Source of the DNA: Alphaproteobacteria bacterium
GTDB lineage: Bacteria > Pseudomonadota > Alphaproteobacteria > MPNO01
Assembly: GCA_964291675.2 (NCBI GenBank)
Contig: OZ219866.1
Span: 2,368,001-2,432,000, forward strand
DNA length: 64,000 nucleotides
Direction of reading: 5' to 3'
Positions within the stretch are counted from its first letter, which is position 1. Each line of letters begins with the position of its first letter. The notes under the pieces are model-generated. The model made no database searches, had not been told where the DNA came from, and saw nothing but the letters and a program-made list of their open reading frames with translations. The translations under genes and the position numbers were made by a program. Below are positions 18,948-28,429 of the stretch, piece by piece.

Positions 18948-19009
18948 GCGGGTGCGTCGAACGCCGGGGACGGACTATAGTGCTCGGGATGCTGTTGGAG
19001 ACGTGCCGG

Positions 19010-19864
19010 ATGCCGTTCGAGGTCAATCCTCTCGGCGACCGTTTCGCGGCGGAAATCGTCGGTGTCGACCTCGCGCAGGAGCTGTCGGACGACGATTTCG
19101 CGGCGCTGCGCGCGGCGTGGTTCGACGCGGGCGTCGCGGTCTTTCGCGACCAGCATTTTTCTCCCGCCCAGCACGTCGCCTTCAGCCGCCGCTTCGGCGA
19201 TCTCATCGTCCACGTCATGCACCAGTTCCTGCTGCCGGGCCATCCGGAAATCCTGCTGATCTCCAACCGGAAGCACCCCGACGGCACGCCGATGGGCTTC
19301 GAGGATGCCGGCCGCTACTGGCACTCCGACATCTCCTACGACGAACGCCCGGCGATGGGGTCGCATCTGCATGCCGTCGAGATCCCGCCCGAAGGGGGAG
19401 ACACGCTGTTCGCCGACATGCGCCATGCCCTGAAGACCCTGCCGGACGAGCTGCGCCGGCGCATCCAAGGCCGCCGGGCGCGCCATTCCTACACAAGGAA
19501 CCACCGCAAGAACGAAACCGTCGCGGGCGGACGGCCTGCGTTCAGCGCCGAGCAGCGGGACAAGCTGAACGATGTCTCGCATCCCATGGTCCGGACCGTC
19601 GAAGACACCGGCGAGGCGGCGTTGTTCGTGAACCCCGGGTTCACCTTCGCCGTCGAAGGGATGGACGAGGCCGAGAGCGACGCGCTGCTCGCCGCGCTGT
19701 TCGAGCACAGCACGAGGGAGGCGTTCCTCTACACCCATGAATGGCGGGTGGGCGACCTCCTGTGCTGGGACAATCGCAGCGTGATGCATCGCGCGACCCA
19801 GTACGATCCGGCGGCCACGCGGCACATGCATCGCACCACCATCGCCGGCGTCCGCCCGGTGTGA
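19010..19864 (+). CDS. TauD/TfdA family Fe(II)/2OG dioxygenase
   Basis: AEIVGVDL, VFRDQ, WHSDISY, GGDTLFAD, HPMVRT, WDNRSVMHRA, MHRTTI. Confidence 0.92.
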   Translation: MPFEVNPLGDRFAAEIVGVDLAQELSDDDFAALRAAWFDAGVAVFRDQHFSPAQHVAFSRRFGDLIVHVMHQFLLPGHPEILLISNRKHPDGTPMGFEDAGRYWHSDISYDERPAMGSHLHAVEIPPEGGDTLFADMRHALKTLPDELRRRIQGRRARHSYTRNHRKNETVAGGRPAFSAEQRDKLNDVSHPMVRTVEDTGEAALFVNPGFTFAVEGMDEAESDALLAALFEHSTREAFLYTHEWRVGDLLCWDNRSVMHRATQYDPAATRHMHRTTIAGVRPV

Positions 19865-19883
19865 CCGGCGGGGGTCGATCCGC

Positions 19884-20909
19884 GTGATCGTCGACATCCA
19901 CTGTCACTACGTGCCCGAGGCCTATTTCCGCTTCCTCGAGAAGACGGACGGGTTCGACGTGCGCCGTTCCGCGACCGGGGACGAGGCGGTGGAGGTCGAG
20001 CTGGGGCGCGCGAAATTCGCCATGAACCGGACGTTCTTCGACCCCGGGCGGCAGCTTCGCCGCATGGCGGGGCTCGGGATCGATCTCAGCGTTCTGTCGC
20101 TCGCGACACCGCTCATCGACTACGCGGCGCCGGCCGGTGCGGCGCTCGCCGCCGCGCGCATCTTCAACGACGAGCTGGCCCTGCTGAGGGACCGCCACCC
20201 CGACCGGTTCGACGGCTGGGCTTTCCTGCCGATGCAGAGCCCCGCGGACGCGGCCGGCGAGCTCCGGCGCGCCGTGACCGAGCTCGGCCTGCGCGGCGGG
20301 CACATCGCATCCAATGTCGGGGGACGCTATCTCGACAGCCCGGAATTCGCGCCGGTGTTCGAGACCGCGCTCGATCTCGGCGTGCCGCTCTTCGTGCACC
20401 CCAGCAACCCCGCCGGCGCCGACCGGACGCGGAGCTACGAGCTCACGGTGGTGAGCGGCTATCTGTTCGACACCACGATCAACGTCTTCCACATGATTTT
20501 CGGCGGGCTGCTCGACCGCTACCCGGCGCTCGGCCTGTGCTGCGCGCATGCCGGCGGCTACGCGCTCCTGCTGCGGGCGCGGATGCAGCGCGAAGTGGAC
20601 ACCAACCCGGACCTGGCGCGCACCCTCTCCGGCACGGTCGACGACTATCTCGGGCGCCTCTACTACGACACGGTGTGCTTCGAGGACGGCTACCTCGCCT
20701 TTGCCTCGGACGCGATCGGGGCGGACCGGCTGGTGCTCGGCAGCGACGGCCCGTTCCCTCTCGGCGAGCCCGATCCGGTGGGCTTCGTCCGGCGCGCGTT
20801 CGGAGACCGCCCGGAGGGCGCCGATATCCTGCACCGCAACGCCGCCAAGATGTTCAACCTCGCCGGGCAGGACGCCGGCGCGTGGAAGCCCGCCGGGGAG
20901 AGGCCGTGA
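19884..20909 (+). CDS. Amidohydrolase_2 family protein (ACMSD/aromatic decarboxylase-like)
   Basis: DIHCH, FNDELA, LFVHP, AHAGG, LYYDT, LGSDGPF. Confidence 0.88.
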   Translation: MIVDIHCHYVPEAYFRFLEKTDGFDVRRSATGDEAVEVELGRAKFAMNRTFFDPGRQLRRMAGLGIDLSVLSLATPLIDYAAPAGAALAAARIFNDELALLRDRHPDRFDGWAFLPMQSPADAAGELRRAVTELGLRGGHIASNVGGRYLDSPEFAPVFETALDLGVPLFVHPSNPAGADRTRSYELTVVSGYLFDTTINVFHMIFGGLLDRYPALGLCCAHAGGYALLLRARMQREVDTNPDLARTLSGTVDDYLGRLYYDTVCFEDGYLAFASDAIGADRLVLGSDGPFPLGEPDPVGFVRRAFGDRPEGADILHRNAAKMFNLAGQDAGAWKPAGERP

Positions 20910-22207
20910 CCGTCCGCGAAGACCGTGACTTGCGCGCGCTCGTGAAACCCGACCGGGTGCATCGCGACTTCTACACCTGCCCAAGAGTCTTCGAGCTCGA
21001 GATGGAGCGGATCTTCGCCCGCGCCTGGCTGCTCCTCGGCCATGACAGCCAGGTGCCCCGCCCGGGCGATTTCGTCACTGCGACGCTCTGCCGCCATCCG
21101 GTGATCATGAGCCGGCACCGCGACGGACGGGTGCATGTGATGTTCAACCGCTGCTCCCATCGCGGCGCCCAGATCTGCACCGAGCCCAGCGGCAATGTCA
21201 GGCGGTTCGAGTGCCCGTATCACGGCTGGGTGTACGACACCGACGGGCGCCACGCCGGCGCCCCCTATCCCGCGCGCTATGCCGAAGGCTTCCTGAAAGG
21301 GGGCGGTTTCGATCTCGCGGCGGTGCCGCGCATGGCGGTCTATCGCGGCTTCGTGTTTGCCTCGCTGAGCGACGAGGGTCCCGGGCTCGACGACTTCCTC
21401 GGCCCGATGAAGGCGCATATCGACGCCATGGTGGACCGCGCGCCCGACGGCGAGGTCGAGGCCTCGGCCGGCGCGTTCCGCTACCGCTTCCGCGCCAACT
21501 GGAAGATCCAGATGGAGAACCAGAACGACCTCTACCACCCGATGTTCACCCATGCCTCGACCACCGCCAGCGACGGCACCCAGTTCCGGCGCCACGGGGC
21601 GGAGGACGACGAGGCGGGCAGGGTGAAGCTGTTGAAGCAGAACGAGGCGCTCAACGAGCAGTGGGAGGAGCTGCCGGTCGGCGGCCACCGCTACGGCCAC
21701 ACCTATATGGGGATGTTCCCCATGGACAGGGGCCAGAGCGGGCCGGTGCACCGGCGCTACCGGGCGGCGATGGAGGCGCGCTACGGCGACCGGGCCGAAC
21801 GGGCCATGGCGGTCAGGTTCCACAACAGCATCTTCTACCCCCAGTGGTCGATCCAGTACTTGACCCAGCATATCCGCCTGATGAACCCGGTCTCGGTGGA
21901 CTGCACGGAGAACGTCATCATCCCGCTCAGGCTCAAGGGGGCGCCCGACGAGATGTGGCGCGCGGCGCTCAGGAGCAACAACAACAGCCATTCGCCGGCC
22001 GGCATGGTGATGTCGGACGACATGGAGGTGTGGGTGCGCTGCCAGAACGCGCTGACCAGCCCCGGCAACGACTGGGTGGTGTTCGCCCGCGGCATGGACG
22101 AGGAGCGGGCCTGCAACCGGGGCTCGTTCGAGGTGCGCGGCACCTCCGAAGCGAACGCCCGCCACCAGCACCGCGCCTGGCTCGACTACATGTGCGGCGC
22201 GGCCTGA
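20906..22207 (+). CDS. Rieske aromatic ring-hydroxylating dioxygenase, alpha subunit
   Basis: GTG overlaps the upstream stop. NRCSHRG...CPYHGW, NWKIQMENQNDLYHPMFTH, DDMEVW. Confidence 0.92.
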   Translation: MTVREDRDLRALVKPDRVHRDFYTCPRVFELEMERIFARAWLLLGHDSQVPRPGDFVTATLCRHPVIMSRHRDGRVHVMFNRCSHRGAQICTEPSGNVRRFECPYHGWVYDTDGRHAGAPYPARYAEGFLKGGGFDLAAVPRMAVYRGFVFASLSDEGPGLDDFLGPMKAHIDAMVDRAPDGEVEASAGAFRYRFRANWKIQMENQNDLYHPMFTHASTTASDGTQFRRHGAEDDEAGRVKLLKQNEALNEQWEELPVGGHRYGHTYMGMFPMDRGQSGPVHRRYRAAMEARYGDRAERAMAVRFHNSIFYPQWSIQYLTQHIRLMNPVSVDCTENVIIPLRLKGAPDEMWRAALRSNNNSHSPAGMVMSDDMEVWVRCQNALTSPGNDWVVFARGMDEERACNRGSFEVRGTSEANARHQHRAWLDYMCGAA

Positions 22208-22220
22208 CGACGGTCGTTCG

Positions 22221-22694
22221 ATGCGCGACGAGGTCGAGAGATTCCTGTACCGCGAGGCCCGCCTGCTCGACGAACGCCGGTTCGAGGAGTGGATGAACCT
22301 GTTCGCCGAGGACGGCTATTACTGGGTCCCGGCGGCGCCCGGTATGCACGATCCCTATGACGGCGTGTCGATCTTCTTCGACGACCGCGCGGTCATGAAG
22401 ACCCGCCTTCGGCGCCTCGATCACCCAAGAATCCATTCGCAGAAGCCGGCGAGCCGCACCGTCCACACGGTGTCCAATGTCGAAATCGACGAGGATTACG
22501 GCGAAGACGGCGAAATCCTGGTGCGGTCCGCCGTGACGATGCTGGAATACCGCCTGGAGAAGCAGAGCGCCTATGCCGGGCGCTGCCGCCATCTGCTGCG
22601 CGTCACCGACGGCGGCGGGTTCGAGATCGCCTGGAAGCGCGTCGACCTGATCAACTGCGACGGCGTGTTCGAGACCCTGTCGGTGCCGTTCTGA
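22221..22694 (+). CDS. Aromatic ring-hydroxylating dioxygenase, beta subunit
   Basis: FLYREARLLDERRFEEW, YWVP, RTVHTVSN, KRVDLINCD. Confidence 0.92.
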   Translation: MRDEVERFLYREARLLDERRFEEWMNLFAEDGYYWVPAAPGMHDPYDGVSIFFDDRAVMKTRLRRLDHPRIHSQKPASRTVHTVSNVEIDEDYGEDGEILVRSAVTMLEYRLEKQSAYAGRCRHLLRVTDGGGFEIAWKRVDLINCDGVFETLSVPF

Positions 22695-22731
22695 CCGCGG
22701 ATCGCCGCAGCCCTCGGGACCCCGGCTTCGC

Positions 22732-22762
22732 TTGACACCCGGACGGTGCCCGCCCGTAGAAT
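22732..22762 (+). promoter_or_regulatory. Candidate sigma70 promoter for the second TRAP operon
   Basis: TTGACA (22732) and TAGAAT (22757). The 19-bp spacer is longer than optimal. Confidence 0.4.
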
Positions 22763-22818
22763 GGCCCGAGCGGCGCTCATGAAAGAGCGATGACGTTCCA
22801 CGCAGGGAGGAATTGGCT

Positions 22819-23856
22819 ATGTCCGAGCAACGCAGCTCCTGGTTGCGACCGGCGCTGAGGGCGGTCACCGCGACCGGCGCGGCCGGCGCGATTCTGGCCG
22901 GCGCGGCCTGGGCGTCGACGGCACAGGCGCGCGATCTCAAGATGGCGTTCTTCACCAGCCCCAAGCACCATATCTGGGCCAAGCTGATGACGCCCTGGGG
23001 CGACGGCATCACGGCGGCGAATATCGGCCTAAAGGTGGTCGGCTTCCCCGGCGGCCAGATCGGCGGCAAGCCGCCCGGCGCGTTCAAGCGGGTGGTCAAC
23101 GGCATCGCCGATATCGAGTTCGGGTTGCAGGGCTACACGTCCACGGTGTTCCCCAAGACCATGGTGGTGGAGATCCCGCTGCAATGGGGCTCGCCCACCG
23201 AGGCGACCACGGCGATGTGGAAGATCTTCGACAAGCACCTCTCGTCCGAATATGCGCGTGTCGAGGTGCTGGGCCTCTGGACCACCGACGTGCCGGTGCT
23301 GATGACCAACAAGGTCGTCCGTACCCCCGACGACCTCAAGGGCATGAAGCTCAGGACGCCGTCGCGCGACCAGGCGGCGATCATCAAGGGCCTCGGCGCG
23401 ATCCCCGTGGGCATGCCGATGCCGCAGACCTACAGCGCGATCGAGAAGGGCGTGGTCGACGGCGCGCTGGTCGGGATCTCGGTGGTGAACAGCTTCAAGC
23501 TGGCCGAGGTGGTCAAGAACTACGTCATCGGCCTGCCGATGGGTTTCTCGCCGCAGATGATGGTGATGAACAAGAAGACCTATGCCGGGCTCTCGGCCGA
23601 GCAGAAGAAGGCGATCGACGCAGAGCGCGGACTGGCGCTCAGCCTCAGGGGCGCCAAGCTCTACGAGGCGGCGCGCGCGGCGGGCATCAAGACGGTGCGC
23701 GGCCGCGAGGACACCAGCATCACCGAGCTGAGCGCGGCCGACAAGGCGGCCTGGACCGCGCGTTTCAAGACCATCGTCGGTGACTGGGTCAAGCGCTACG
23801 AGAAATCGGACCCGAACTACCAGCAGATGCTCGCCGACTATCTGGCCAAGGGTTGA
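22819..23856 (+). CDS. dctP: TRAP transporter substrate-binding protein
   Basis: GGGAGG RBS, signal peptide ending AQA, GFPGGQIG, DLKGMKLR, YSAIEKGVVDG, FKLAEV. Confidence 0.9.
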   Translation: MSEQRSSWLRPALRAVTATGAAGAILAGAAWASTAQARDLKMAFFTSPKHHIWAKLMTPWGDGITAANIGLKVVGFPGGQIGGKPPGAFKRVVNGIADIEFGLQGYTSTVFPKTMVVEIPLQWGSPTEATTAMWKIFDKHLSSEYARVEVLGLWTTDVPVLMTNKVVRTPDDLKGMKLRTPSRDQAAIIKGLGAIPVGMPMPQTYSAIEKGVVDGALVGISVVNSFKLAEVVKNYVIGLPMGFSPQMMVMNKKTYAGLSAEQKKAIDAERGLALSLRGAKLYEAARAAGIKTVRGREDTSITELSAADKAAWTARFKTIVGDWVKRYEKSDPNYQQMLADYLAKG

Positions 23857-24359
23857 TGGAGCCCCGCGAGGGTCCGGTCTCCCGCGCCGTCGGTATTCTT
23901 GTCACGGCCTCGGCGTATGTCGCCGGGGCCGTTCTCGTCCTGCTCATGCTGCTGACCACCGCGGATGTGGTCGGCCGCTACTTCTTCAACGCGCCGCTCA
24001 CCGGGGTGTTCGACCTCACCCAGTTCGCGGTGCTGATCATGACCTTCCTGGGCTTCGCCTATTGCGCCTGGCGCGGGGCGCATGTGGCGATCGAGCTGCT
24101 CTACAACCGGCTCGGCAGGGCCGTGCAGCGCGTCCTCGACCCGGCGATCAACCTGCTCGGCTGCGCGCTGTTCGCGCTGATCGCCTGGCGCGCGGTGGTC
24201 CAGTCGGTGGACGTGCGCGAATTCGCCGAGGCCTCGCAGCTGCTGACCATCCCGTTCTTCCCGTTCTACTGGGTGGTGGCGTTCGGGGCCGGGTCGATGG
24301 CGCTGGTGCTGGCGCTCAGGATCTTCGTGCCGGCGCCGGAAAGCGACAAATCGGCGTGA
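23856..24359 (+). CDS. dctQ: TRAP transporter small permease
   Basis: DVVGRYFFNAPL, HVAIELL, four TM segments; TGATG coupling to dctP. Confidence 0.9.
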   Translation: MEPREGPVSRAVGILVTASAYVAGAVLVLLMLLTTADVVGRYFFNAPLTGVFDLTQFAVLIMTFLGFAYCAWRGAHVAIELLYNRLGRAVQRVLDPAINLLGCALFALIAWRAVVQSVDVREFAEASQLLTIPFFPFYWVVAFGAGSMALVLALRIFVPAPESDKSA

Positions 24360-25660
24360 GCCCCACCCTCGTCGGCATTCTCGGCCTGGCCGGGCTGTTC
24401 CTGCTGATCTTCCTGCGCGTGCCGATCGGCATCGCGCTGGCCATCGCAGGCGCGCTCGGCTACTGGACGCTGAGCGGGCTCGATCCGACGCTCGCGCTGC
24501 TCGGCAGCGTGCCGTTCGAGATCGCCTACAACTACGACCTCAGCATCATCGCGCTGTTCGTCCTGATGGGGAACTTCGCCATGGTGTCGGGGATGAGCCG
24601 GGACCTCTACGACATGGCGCGCAGCCTGGTCGGGCACTGGCCGGGCGGGCTCGCCTCGGCCACCGTGGTGGGCTGCGCCGGCTTCGCGGCGGTCTCCGGG
24701 TCGAGCCTCGCCTCGGCGGTCACGATGGGGCGGGTGGCATTGCCGGAAATGCGCCGCCACGACTACCACCCGCGCCTCGCCACCGGCTGCGTGGCCGCCG
24801 GCGGCACGCTCGGAATCCTGATCCCGCCGTCGACCGGGTTCATCATCTACGCCCTGCTCACCGAGGAATCGATCGGCCAGCTGTTCCTCGCCGGCGTGCT
24901 GCCGGGCCTCCTGCTCACCGGCCTGTTCATGGCGACCATCGCCATCATGACGCGGCTCAACCCGGCGATCGGACCCAAGGCCGACCGGCTGGCGTGGCGC
25001 GAACGCCTGCGCTCGGTCGGCCGGTCGTTCTCCCTGATCGGGATCGTGTTCGCGGTTCTCGGCGGGATCTATTTCGGCGTCTTCACCCCGGTCGAGGCGG
25101 CGGCCATCGGCGCCTTCCTCACCCTCTGCCTGACCGTCGCGCGCGGCAGGCTCAACCTGGAGACCCTGAAATTCTGCATCCTGGAGACGGTCAAGACCTT
25201 CGCCTTCGTCTACCTGATCGTCATCGGCGCGTTTCTGTTCAACCCGTTCCTCGCCGTCACCCAGATTCCCGCCAACCTCGCGGCGGCGATGCCCGGGCTC
25301 GACCTCGCCCCGGTGACGATCCTGATCGTCATCGTGATCGGCTACATCATCCTCGGCACCTTCCTCGAAGGGCTGGCGATGATGGTGCTGACGCTCCCCA
25401 TCGTCTTCCCGCTGATCAAGGACATGGGCTACGACCCGATCTGGTTCGGCGCGCTGCTCGTGGTGATCCTGGAGATGAGCCTGATCAGCCCGCCGCTCGG
25501 GCTCAACGTCTTCGTGGTCAAGGGGATCGCCGAGGGCGTGCCGATGGGCGAGATCTTCCGCGGGATCATCCCGTTCTGGGGCGCGATGCTGATCTGCGCC
25601 GCCCTGCTGATCGCCTTCCCCGACATCGCGTTGATCCTGCCGGAGACGATGATCCGCTGA
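24356..25660 (+). CDS. dctM: TRAP transporter large permease
   Basis: GTG start overlapping the dctQ stop; LFVLMG, GTLGILIPPS, FTPVEAAA, SPPLGLNVFV. Confidence 0.92.
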   Translation: MSPTLVGILGLAGLFLLIFLRVPIGIALAIAGALGYWTLSGLDPTLALLGSVPFEIAYNYDLSIIALFVLMGNFAMVSGMSRDLYDMARSLVGHWPGGLASATVVGCAGFAAVSGSSLASAVTMGRVALPEMRRHDYHPRLATGCVAAGGTLGILIPPSTGFIIYALLTEESIGQLFLAGVLPGLLLTGLFMATIAIMTRLNPAIGPKADRLAWRERLRSVGRSFSLIGIVFAVLGGIYFGVFTPVEAAAIGAFLTLCLTVARGRLNLETLKFCILETVKTFAFVYLIVIGAFLFNPFLAVTQIPANLAAAMPGLDLAPVTILIVIVIGYIILGTFLEGLAMMVLTLPIVFPLIKDMGYDPIWFGALLVVILEMSLISPPLGLNVFVVKGIAEGVPMGEIFRGIIPFWGAMLICAALLIAFPDIALILPETMIR

Positions 25661-25667
25661 CCGGCCG

Positions 25668-26396
25668 TCAGGCCCAGCCGCCGGCGAACGGCATGACGTG
25701 GCCGGTGATGAAGTCGCTCCGGTCGGAGGCGTAGAACGCCACCAGGGCTGCGACCTCTTCCGGCTTGCCGAGGCGCTTCAGCGGGATGTTCCGGGTCATT
25801 TTGGCGAGCGCCTCGGGATCGTCGACCAGCTCGGGCGGGAAATAGGTCGGGCTCTCGACGTAGTTGGGGGCGATCGCGTTGACCTGGATGTTGTCGCGGC
25901 CGAGCTCCTGGGCGAGCGACACCGCGAGCGCGTTGGCGGCGCCGCGGGCGGTCACGTAGATCGAGTAATTCGGCAGCCCGCGCAACGGCGTCGCCGAGGT
26001 GATGAACAGGATCTTGCCCCGCTTGCGCTGCTTCATCTGCGGCACCGCGGCCCCGGCCAGCTGGAAGGGAAAGACCACCATCTCGTCCAGCGCCGAACGC
26101 ATGTCCTCGGCGCTCGCCGTCTCGACGGGCGCGCGGATCGCCGCGCCCGCGTCGTTGCAGACCGCCACGTCGACCCGGCCGGCCTTCCCGGTCGCCGCCG
26201 CGACGATCTCCGCCGGCGTCTGCTCCCGGATGACGGTGAGCCCCGGATTGGCCGCGGCGAAGCCTTCCGCCGCCGCCGCATCCGCGAAGCTCCGGTCGTG
26301 GCACACCACCGTCGCCCCCTGGGCGACGAGCTCGGCCGCGACGGGCCGGCCCACGAAATGTTCGACATTGGTGACCAGGACGACGCGATCCTTCAT
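25668..26396 (-). CDS. hheA: Halohydrin dehalogenase (haloalcohol dehalogenase), A-type; SDR fold
   Basis: Both diagnostic HHDH motifs: T-X4-F-X-G (TNVEHFVG) and S-X12-Y-X3-R (SATPLRGLPNYSIYVTAR). Also TVVCHDRSFADAA and PNYVESPTYFP as in HheA. RBS GGAGAGGA. Confidence 0.87.
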   Translation of the reverse strand: MKDRVVLVTNVEHFVGRPVAAELVAQGATVVCHDRSFADAAAAEGFAAANPGLTVIREQTPAEIVAAATGKAGRVDVAVCNDAGAAIRAPVETASAEDMRSALDEMVVFPFQLAGAAVPQMKQRKRGKILFITSATPLRGLPNYSIYVTARGAANALAVSLAQELGRDNIQVNAIAPNYVESPTYFPPELVDDPEALAKMTRNIPLKRLGKPEEVAALVAFYASDRSDFITGHVMPFAGGWA

Positions 26397-26476
26397 CGGC
26401 TTTCCTCTCCTCGTACCGCCCGTGTCATCCGGCAGGGGCGAACGCGCACGGGCGACGCCGGACCACCCGCGGCGGC

Positions 26477-28168
26477 TCAGCGCGCGGCGATGGCCAGCTC
26501 GTTCGGCTGGTTGAAGGGCTCGAACTTGGCCAGGAATTCCGCGACCGCCCCGGCATCGCCTTCGACCGAGACCCGTTCGGCGGCAATCGCCTCTTCGAAC
26601 GCGGTGCGCCCGAACACCCAGTCGAGCAGGAAGCCGCGGTCGAAGCGCGCGGTGGCGTCGCATTCCGGCGGCGGGGTGTCGTGGAACTGGCAGACGCCGC
26701 GGCGGATTTCGAGCGCGCAGCTCTCGCCCGAATCGGTGGTCTCGAAGGCGACCCGGAGATGCGTCTCCCAGCACGTCTCCGAGATCAGGCGGACCGTCAT
26801 CACGTTCAGGATCGCGGCGAGGGGAAACCCGCGCACCTGTTCCGGCGAGCCCAGCACCATGCCGCCGGCGGCGAGGTCGAGCGCGCCCTCCAGCTCGAGC
26901 GCCGCCGTCAGCCCCCAGTTGCGCCAGGTCGCGTTCTTCTGCGCATAGGCCCAGCGGCGCAGCGCTTCCGCCTTGAGGCGCCGGGCCTCGTCGTCGGTCC
27001 GGTCGGCCCGCACCGCGAGCGTCGACAGCTCCGCCGCCCACTGCGTATCCCCGCCATCCAGCGCCTCGCGGGCATGCCGAAGGAGCGTTTCCCGCCCGCC
27101 CACCATCTCGACCAAGCGGGACGCGCGCTCGGCCCGCGGGGTCGGGTCGAGCGCCACCGGGTCGCCCTGGTACCAGCCGAGATAGCCGGCATAGATCGCC
27201 GGAATGGCGTGCTTGTAGGAGCCGTAATACTCGCCGAGCCAGGGATGGTCGCGGAGCCGCTCCGGCATCTCGACGATTTGGGCGATCTCGTCCGGCGCGT
27301 AGCCCTTGTTGATGTAGCGCAGAGTCTGGTCGTGCAGGTACTGCACCGCGTCGCGGTAGTCGGTCAGCAACGCCGCGATCCGGTCCGCGCCCTCGACGGG
27401 CCGCCCGTGATGCGGCACCAGGATCTCCGCGCCGAACGCCTTGAGGCGGTCGAGCCCGCGCGCCCAGGCCATCGGGTCGCGAAACCGCGTGCCGCGCAGC
27501 GCATACACGTTGGGGAAGGATTCGTAGACCGCGTCGGCCGACAGCAGAACGCGGGCGTCGGGCAGCCACACCGCGCACTGGTCTTCGGTCTCCGAGGGGA
27601 TGAGGTGGATTTCGAAGCGGACTCCGCCAGTCTCGCCGGTATAGGTCTCGTCGAAGGTTGTCGTCGGCGCGATGAAGGAGCGCCGCCCGGGGCGCTGCGG
27701 CGGGCCGAGCCCGGCGCCGACGGTGCCGGTCTCGCCGATGGGCAGCCGCATGCCGAACTGGTACATCGCGCGGCGCCCGAGGATCGGCGCGATCAGCCCC
27801 ACGTCCCGCGCCACATGGCGGACCAGGTCCTTCTGGGCGACGATCTCCACCCGGCCCGAGGCGACGTCGTCCGGCGACACGAACGCCGCCGCGCCGCTCA
27901 CGTGATCGGCGTGGAAATGGGTGTAGACGATGGTCCGGATCGGCTTGTCGGTGATCTTGCGGAACTCGGCGGCGACGATTTCGGCGTTGTCCATGCCGGT
28001 CATCGTGTCGACCAGGATGCAGGACTCCGCGCCCTCGATCAGCGTGCAGTTGACGACCGAGTAGCCGAAGGCGCAGTGGATCGAGCCGTCGAGGGTATAG
28101 ATCCGCGGCTCCATCGACGCCTGGTGCCGCGCGAGGTCCGGGTGGACCGACGGGGTGACTTCGCTCAT
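26477..28168 (-). CDS. Alkyl sulfatase, metallo-beta-lactamase fold (SdsA1/Pisa1/BDS1 family), with dimerisation and SCP2-like domains
   Basis: YTHFHADH (HxHxDH), PSETEDQ, FPNVYALRGTRFRD, YRDAVQYLHDQTLRYINKG, EYYGS, YLGWYQGDP, NATWRNW. No signal peptide. Confidence 0.88.
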   Translation of the reverse strand: MSEVTPSVHPDLARHQASMEPRIYTLDGSIHCAFGYSVVNCTLIEGAESCILVDTMTGMDNAEIVAAEFRKITDKPIRTIVYTHFHADHVSGAAAFVSPDDVASGRVEIVAQKDLVRHVARDVGLIAPILGRRAMYQFGMRLPIGETGTVGAGLGPPQRPGRRSFIAPTTTFDETYTGETGGVRFEIHLIPSETEDQCAVWLPDARVLLSADAVYESFPNVYALRGTRFRDPMAWARGLDRLKAFGAEILVPHHGRPVEGADRIAALLTDYRDAVQYLHDQTLRYINKGYAPDEIAQIVEMPERLRDHPWLGEYYGSYKHAIPAIYAGYLGWYQGDPVALDPTPRAERASRLVEMVGGRETLLRHAREALDGGDTQWAAELSTLAVRADRTDDEARRLKAEALRRWAYAQKNATWRNWGLTAALELEGALDLAAGGMVLGSPEQVRGFPLAAILNVMTVRLISETCWETHLRVAFETTDSGESCALEIRRGVCQFHDTPPPECDATARFDRGFLLDWVFGRTAFEEAIAAERVSVEGDAGAVAEFLAKFEPFNQPNELAIAAR

Positions 28169-28429
28169 CTCTTTGCGATACGGGCGGCCGGACGAACGGC
28201 GCGCCGCGCTCCCTGTGACTGCCGCAGTGGTTTATGGTGGCGCGTCGCGCAAGGCAAGCGGGGCTGTTTCGCGCCGCCGCGGCCGCTCTCGACAGCCCGC
28301 CGGCGAGGAGGCCGGCGTGCGAAAGGGATGGGCGTTCGGATGGTTCCAGTCCCGGCGTGCGTGGACATGCCGGCTTGCGCGATGGCGGATTCGCGCGCAA
28401 GGTTCGGTCGGGACGGGCCACCGAGTTCG

